DNA from: a virus
DNA length: 64,000 nt
Reading direction: 5' to 3' (one strand)
IMG/VR virus record: IMGVR_UViG_3300027746_000644
Location: 1 to 64,000 of that record
The translations under genes were made by a program, and so were the position numbers. Positions 58,687 through 64,000 of the stretch are shown one piece after another; position 1 is the stretch's first letter; every line of letters begins with the position of its first letter. The notes beneath the pieces are model-generated. The model saw only the letters and a list, made by a program, of their open reading frames with translations. It was not told the origin of the DNA and made no database searches.

Positions 58687-60618
58687 ATGGACATGAGGAA
58701 AATTTTACAAGCAATGGATGGCATTTCCGCCCGGCCTGTAGAAGGTGCTGACAGCATGGCACGTTTTCTTCGTGTGGTTCGAGAATCTGAAATTAATCAG
58801 GCAGAAGCAGTGGGAGATTTTAGTGCTGATCCAAAAAGTCAAGCACAAATGTACCTACAGTTTCATACTGGTATGATGGATCCATCAACGTTGCCTGCGT
58901 TTATGGCCATTACACCAAGGGTATCATTGGCTGTGCAACCGCCTATTGGTACAACAGGGTCGCACGAAGAAGTATTAGCAAGTTTATCAGCCGCTAACAA
59001 GCGGTTACCCAAAGATCTACAAGTCAGCTGGGACGAATTAAAAGATATTGGCGGTGTCAGTGACACTATTAAATTAACCGGTGAGCCACACCCTGACACA
59101 TATAACCCTACAACTGATCCAGTTAAAGAAGGATTAGTTGATAGCAATGGCAATCCTGTTTTGTCAGGCAGTGGACAACCCATACAAACTGGTCAGCCTG
59201 CGACAGCGCCTGCTCCAGCACAACCGCAAATTGATCCAGCAAACTACAAAGTACCCAGCATTGAATTCTTAAAAAAGAACTATGAGCATCCGGCTGATAT
59301 TATTGACGGCGGCACACGTTCGGAAACTGAACCTGATAGACTTGGGGCTTGGAACGGCATAAGTGACTTTGCAGATTTGATGATGGCGCTAGATGCTTCT
59401 TATTATCGAGCTCGTAAGGCCGATCCTAATTACAAACAGCCTGCTTTTGTTAAAGATGACTGGGAACTAATTCAGCGTATGTTAGGAACCCCAGAAGGTA
59501 AAGAATATGCAATTGATACAAAGATTGGTCTAAGTAGTATTCATGACAAGTCCCCAGACGCAGAATTTAATCGTGCTCAACATACAGAATTTGAAAAACA
59601 AGCTAACGCTAGATTCATGCAACAACCTGACGGGGTAGTGACTCCTGGTTGGAAATTTGATCAAAAACTAGGAATGACTCCAGTGCAAGCAGAATTACAA
59701 AAACAAAAAGCACAACAGCCTGCTCCAGTACAAGAAAACAGTCTAAGTAAATTTTTATCTATTGTGAGAAAGAACGATGTCAGCATGTTGAGCGAAGGTA
59801 CCAATCCACACCGAGTAGCATTGCCAGTGCAACTGGCCATGCAACATTATCAACAGCCTGTAACTAAACCGCAACCACGTGAACGTTTGATTGACAAGTA
59901 TTTTGTGGAAGCTGAAACTGACCTTACTCAACGCAAAGAAGAAAAACGTGCTGTATATAATCAGTATGCCAAGACTATTGCTAACCGTGTGCTGATGAAA
60001 GAGTCCGCACAAGATGTGTCAGAAGACAATGTACCAACTGATCCAAATAAATTAACAGCATCTATGTTAATGGGCGGTGAGTATAAAGAACTTGATCTAA
60101 CACCACTCATAGCAAAAAACAATTGGGTAGGCACGCCAAAACAAGTTATCAATCAGGCCGACAAATGGTTAAGTGATTTTTTAAGACAACGTGGTAACAT
60201 GTATTCTAATCTAAAAATCAAATACAAAGGCCTAACAATGACCTCTAGTAAAATAGGTGATATAGACGCATCGGATCCAGAATTTGAATCAATAGCAGAA
60301 GCGCCGATTGCCATGGATCCCGCTGAACCAAACAATCCCACTATACACAATCACCAAAAAGCCAACACAATGACATTGAAAGGTCGTATCATGAGTGCTC
60401 GTGCGCAATTACAAGAATTAGCTGAATTATCTGAAAGTGATAGTTTATTGGTGTGGGAACAAATTTGTAAAAAAGCCAAAGGCGGCATGTTCATGGGACT
60501 TGAACAGAACTTGGAACAAATCCGTCATGGTATTGAACAACTAGCGGCCAAGCGCAAGCAAGGTGGACGCGGCAGCAGAGGAATTACTCCAGGCATTGGC
60601 GAAGGAAAAAGAAAATGA
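58687..60618 (+). CDS. hypothetical modular protein, putative head-internal
   Basis: MDMRKILQAMD, repeated S[ML].[RK]FL..VR helices, several [ILVM]xE sites. Confidence 0.7.
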   Translation: MDMRKILQAMDGISARPVEGADSMARFLRVVRESEINQAEAVGDFSADPKSQAQMYLQFHTGMMDPSTLPAFMAITPRVSLAVQPPIGTTGSHEEVLASLSAANKRLPKDLQVSWDELKDIGGVSDTIKLTGEPHPDTYNPTTDPVKEGLVDSNGNPVLSGSGQPIQTGQPATAPAPAQPQIDPANYKVPSIEFLKKNYEHPADIIDGGTRSETEPDRLGAWNGISDFADLMMALDASYYRARKADPNYKQPAFVKDDWELIQRMLGTPEGKEYAIDTKIGLSSIHDKSPDAEFNRAQHTEFEKQANARFMQQPDGVVTPGWKFDQKLGMTPVQAELQKQKAQQPAPVQENSLSKFLSIVRKNDVSMLSEGTNPHRVALPVQLAMQHYQQPVTKPQPRERLIDKYFVEAETDLTQRKEEKRAVYNQYAKTIANRVLMKESAQDVSEDNVPTDPNKLTASMLMGGEYKELDLTPLIAKNNWVGTPKQVINQADKWLSDFLRQRGNMYSNLKIKYKGLTMTSSKIGDIDASDPEFESIAEAPIAMDPAEPNNPTIHNHQKANTMTLKGRIMSARAQLQELAELSESDSLLVWEQICKKAKGGMFMGLEQNLEQIRHGIEQLAAKRKQGGRGSRGITPGIGEGKRK

Positions 60619-62399
60619 ATTTTAGAGAACTTATCAACAAGTTAGATCACATCAACGAAGCCGAAGGTCTCACACTGCAAAGCATTGCCGCTATTGAAAA
60701 AGCCGCAATGGAAAAAGCTGGCACTGAAAAAGCCAAAGGTGGTTGGACTGGTTTTACCACATGGGATCCTCGTGTGGCTGGTAACATTGCGTTGGCTAAA
60801 CTGGCGCAACAAAACAACTTTGAAGGCCTATTCAACAGCGAAGGTGATTTTGTTGTGGCCTACGGAAATAGAACATGGAGTTCAAACAGTGAACTGCATC
60901 CAGGTGAGAATCCTCGTGTTGTGCCGCCAAGTCCAGATGACTGGAAACCATTGGCCGCAAAAGGCCTAGTTCCACAAAATGCCAAAGGCCCAGCTGGTTT
61001 ATTAAATTGGTTGTCAAACGGTGGAGCACAAAAAGAATTTGATGCTGTTAAAAAACAATCAGCTGATGCGGCGGCCGCTTCAGCAGATGCGGTCAATGGC
61101 GCGGCGGCTCCACAAGCCGCCAGCGTTTCTACAGCAGACGAAGAAACAATGATGACTCAACTGGAAGAGTTAGTTGATCAGTATCTTGCATTAAAAACAA
61201 CCAGTAAGAAAGTTGTGGTACCTGCCAAAACTGCCAATGGCAAAACTACTAAAGCAAACAGCAACACAACTGATACTGTAGACAGTGACTCTAAAAAATC
61301 TGCTCCAGGCGAAACAGCATTGAAAACTGCCGGTGGAGCAACTGCTGGCTATTTACTAGGTAATAAACCAAAAGCTGGCCCTAAAGGCAAACTCCGTCCA
61401 AGTCTTGGCGGCATTATTGGAGGCTTGGCCGGTGGCTATGCAGGAAGCCAGTTGGACGAAAACATTGCCAAGAGTCTAGTTGAAAGTTTTGGCTATCAAA
61501 AAAAACCCAGCATTGAAGAAATAGTTGAAAGTCTTGGCTTGAGAAAAGACTATCCTTACGGACATCAATTTTTAAAAGAAGCGATTATTACATCCAAAAA
61601 AGATGAATTAGAAATTGATGATGACGAAGAAGACGAAATTATCGATCCAGTAAAAAACAACAAGGTTTTTGGTGCTGGAGGTACAGGTTCAAAAGCAATT
61701 CAAGGCATAGGCAAAGCACTGTCCGGCAATAATAAATCAGTCAGCAAAGATCCGCAAAGTTTATTTGATATGGCGTTTCACAACAAGTATTGGAACAACT
61801 GGACTGAAGATTCATTGTCATGGGATGATGTGATTGTTCCAGGTTTTGACTGGATGGATGGCGAGCCACTATATACCTTTAGAGAACTTGGATTAGATTT
61901 GGGAATTGCGGCTGGTTTTGTTATGGTGGGCACTATCATGGCGCCGTTTACTGCGGGCGCATCTGTGCCAGTGGCCGCGGCAGCTGGCGTTACGGCCGGT
62001 GTAGTCAGGGCCACTGGCTCAATATTAATTAAGTTGTTGATTAAGATAGGAATAGCCATTGCCAAGGCAGTAAAACTGTACGGAAGGCCATTTTGGGAGT
62101 TTGCGAAAAAGAACCCAAGCAAGGCCGCAAAAGCAGTGGGACAAATTGCAAAGACTCATTTGGAAGCATTTTATAATGGCATAGCAAAAAACTTTGGTGC
62201 TAGCAACATGGGGTGGATGGTGCTTGGGACCATGGGCTTTCAAGCTCTGCTCACGGCATGGGAGAAATACAGTGGAAAAATTCTACCTGATTATATAAAG
62301 AATCCCATAGATAAAGGAGCTGGGTGGTTGGCAGACAAAGCAAGACAGGGATTTGATGGCGCAAGAAAAATAACAGGACTAGAGGAAGGCATGGCATGA
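60615..62399 (+). CDS. putative ejection/membrane-inserting protein
   Basis: MNFRELINKLDHINE|A, glycine zipper GGIIGGLAGGYAG, long hydrophobic segment APFTAGASVPVAAAAGV. Confidence 0.65.
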   Translation: MNFRELINKLDHINEAEGLTLQSIAAIEKAAMEKAGTEKAKGGWTGFTTWDPRVAGNIALAKLAQQNNFEGLFNSEGDFVVAYGNRTWSSNSELHPGENPRVVPPSPDDWKPLAAKGLVPQNAKGPAGLLNWLSNGGAQKEFDAVKKQSADAAAASADAVNGAAAPQAASVSTADEETMMTQLEELVDQYLALKTTSKKVVVPAKTANGKTTKANSNTTDTVDSDSKKSAPGETALKTAGGATAGYLLGNKPKAGPKGKLRPSLGGIIGGLAGGYAGSQLDENIAKSLVESFGYQKKPSIEEIVESLGLRKDYPYGHQFLKEAIITSKKDELEIDDDEEDEIIDPVKNNKVFGAGGTGSKAIQGIGKALSGNNKSVSKDPQSLFDMAFHNKYWNNWTEDSLSWDDVIVPGFDWMDGEPLYTFRELGLDLGIAAGFVMVGTIMAPFTAGASVPVAAAAGVTAGVVRATGSILIKLLIKIGIAIAKAVKLYGRPFWEFAKKNPSKAAKAVGQIAKTHLEAFYNGIAKNFGASNMGWMVLGTMGFQALLTAWEKYSGKILPDYIKNPIDKGAGWLADKARQGFDGARKITGLEEGMA

Positions 62400-64000
62400 A
62401 TAATTTAACCACCCACATGGCAGAGCTTAGAAAAATCCTTGCCGAAATAGAAAACAAAACCATTACTGAAGCTTTGGTATCTAGGATTCTTGGAGGCGGG
62501 GCAGCGGAGCAGATACTCAAAGACGGTGTTACAGGACTGGCTAAACAAGGTGCTAAAACAATTATAAAACAGTTAGGCGAGGAAGTTACAGTTAATGTAA
62601 TTCGTCGAGTAGGTAAAAAGAAAATAGAACAAGAAGTTGAATTAGTATTAAAAAAAGTTGCCGACCAAGATTCGTATCTAATAGTTTTACGAAACGGCAA
62701 ACAACCACAGAAGACTACTATATTATCAGCAGAGCAAGTAGCAGATGATGTTGAAAAAGCAGTTGTTGCTGGCAGATCAGTAAAACTTAGTGGGGAATTA
62801 CAAGTTAGGGCATCGTCAGAACTAGCACAGCAAGCCGTCAAAGATGCCAACAACATGACCGATGCACAGCTTGAAGCGGCAATTAAAGATACAGATAGAT
62901 CACCTGCCATAAGAAGAGAATTCAAAGCAATATTAGACCAAAGAAAGGCCAGCAAGACAGGCGACTCCGAATCTTTAAAACGCGAAGCGGAGAGAGGTGC
63001 AAAGGACATAGCCGGCAAAACCGATGCTGATTTGCAAGCACTGTATAATAATCCAAATGTGACTGCGGCACAACGCAAGGCAGCTAAAGAAGAATTAGAA
63101 CGTCGTGGAATAAAACCAGAAGCACCTAAAACAGATGCACCTAAACCAGCTGAAGCACCTAGAACAGAACCAGAAGCACCTAAAGCAGGCAGTCAAGAGG
63201 CAGCTAATCTTGAAAGAGCTCGAGTTGATTACAAAAAATTATCTGATAGTGAATTACAAACAATATATAACGGTCGAGATGAAATGTATAATTCTTGGCA
63301 AAAACAAGCCGCTAAAGAAACATTAGAAAGCCGTGGTATTAAGCCTGGTGTAACTAAAGTAGAACCAGCGCCTGAACCTAAAGTAAATGCACCCAAAACA
63401 GCCGACGATGTATTACAAGCAAAGAAAACTGCGGCCGCTGAAGCCGAGGCCAAAGCCGCTATTGATGCAGGTGAAGTAAAAATTAAAGAAGCTGATTTGT
63501 TGCCGGCAAAACCCGGAGAAACTGCAAGTGAGAGATTAAAACGCACACTTGAAGAAAAACCTGAAATAGTAGACAAGTGGAACAGCCTCAAAGGCACTAA
63601 GGGCGAAGAAGGATTTTGGCAGTATGTTAAACGACGCAAAGTAGCCACGCTAGTAACAGCACTCACAGTAGCGGCCATAGCGGCTGGTGTGTACAACAGT
63701 GGGGCAGAACCAGAAGAGGTTGACAATGCCGCAGAACCAGCAGAAATTGGTGATGATGAGCCTGAGGAATTAGATGATGAGGCCGTCGCGGCAGCAGCCG
63801 CCAAGAAGAAAGCTGAAGCAGATGCTGCCAAGAAGAAAGCAGATGCCGCTAATTCGGAAGCAGGACAAAGTGCTAGTACAACAACAGAAAAAGACGGAAA
63901 AGAAACTGACGGAAAAGAAACTGACGGAAAAGAGACAGACGGAGTTGCTGATAATTCTGCAGAACAACAAGAATTATTAACGCAGATAAATGCACTAATT
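62396..64000 (+). CDS. large protein, 3'-truncated by the window (absent from the ORF track)
   Basis: ATGA overlap at 62396 after GAGG; MNNLTTHMAELRKILAEIENKTITEA...; the frame appears open to the window end (…EQQELLTQINALI). Contains helical repeats and one TM segment. Confidence 0.8.
   Translation, partial: MNNLTTHMAELRKILAEIENKTITEALVSRILGGGAAEQILKDGVTGLAKQGAKTIIKQLGEEVTVNVIRRVGKKKIEQEVELVLKKVADQDSYLIVLRNGKQPQKTTILSAEQVADDVEKAVVAGRSVKLSGELQVRASSELAQQAVKDANNMTDAQLEAAIKDTDRSPAIRREFKAILDQRKASKTGDSESLKREAERGAKDIAGKTDADLQALYNNPNVTAAQRKAAKEELERRGIKPEAPKTDAPKPAEAPRTEPEAPKAGSQEAANLERARVDYKKLSDSELQTIYNGRDEMYNSWQKQAAKETLESRGIKPGVTKVEPAPEPKVNAPKTADDVLQAKKTAAAEAEAKAAIDAGEVKIKEADLLPAKPGETASERLKRTLEEKPEIVDKWNSLKGTKGEEGFWQYVKRRKVATLVTALTVAAIAAGVYNSGAEPEEVDNAAEPAEIGDDEPEELDDEAVAAAAAKKKAEADAAKKKADAANSEAGQSASTTTEKDGKETDGKETDGKETDGVADNSAEQQELLTQINALI
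63893..63943 (+). repeat. 15-bp tandem repeat (DGKET x3.4) in coding sequence
   Basis: GACGGAAAAGAAACT x2, GACGGAAAAGAGACA, GACGGA. Confidence 0.85.

Noticed and set aside
62251-63831. Long minus-strand ORFs (275 aa and 200 aa) in the track
   Set aside because: They are antisense shadows of the real + strand gene starting at 62396, which the track missed because its stop lies outside the window.
63893-63943. Possible CRISPR array
   Set aside because: The 15-bp units are directly adjacent with no spacers and encode in-frame DGKET.
1-64000. Genome-wide stop-codon reassignment (TGA or TAG)
   Set aside because: Genes are full length in code 11 and many end in TGA with ATGA coupling; only one in-frame TGA was seen.
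1-64000. tRNA, rRNA, introns or inteins
   Set aside because: Intergenic gaps are short and no cloverleaf, intron core or intein motif was recognised by eye; tRNAscan-SE and Infernal would be needed to exclude them.

Overview
This window is part of a large, AT-rich, lytic tailed-phage genome (T4-like/jumbo myophage style, standard genetic code). The evidence is dense, mostly + strand genes with overlapping stop/start codons, sigma70 promoters plus recurring T4-type late-promoter motifs (NATAAATA), gp9/gp10-type baseplate N-termini, a clamp loader, an ATP-dependent ligase and a GH19 endolysin-spanin-holin cassette. The spanins imply a Gram-negative host, probably proteobacterial. In order, the window holds: ClpP, a zincin-like protein, DNA ligase, a MazG-like pyrophosphatase and a YccA/BI-1 protein (1-6 kb); a ~12 kb AT-rich cluster of five radical-SAM enzymes, two SGNH-like proteins, a GT10-like glycosyltransferase, a nucleotide-sugar dehydrogenase and a cytidylyltransferase-cupin (6-18.5 kb); QueD, UvsE, SOD and ErpA (21-24.4 kb); a 3290-aa fibre and other tail/baseplate genes (24.4-38.8 kb); a DnaE fragment, GroES, a 2OG-Fe oxygenase, clamp loader, ferredoxin, dCMP deaminase and PhoH (39-43.6 kb); lysis genes (45-47 kb); DnaJ, peptide deformylase and ClpA (48-51.5 kb); and a late block of probable head-packaged proteins with shared N-terminal tags and many [ILVM]-x-E sites (52-64 kb). 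Best leads: a preQ1-I-like riboswitch variant ahead of phage queD, a two-state leader ahead of phoH, the radical-SAM/glycan cluster, the putative capsid-targeted polyprotein system, late promoters inside RBS-blocking hairpins, and a DnaE piece that stops just before its catalytic motif. No tRNA, rRNA or CRISPR array was recognised. All family calls come from motif recognition by eye, not database searches.
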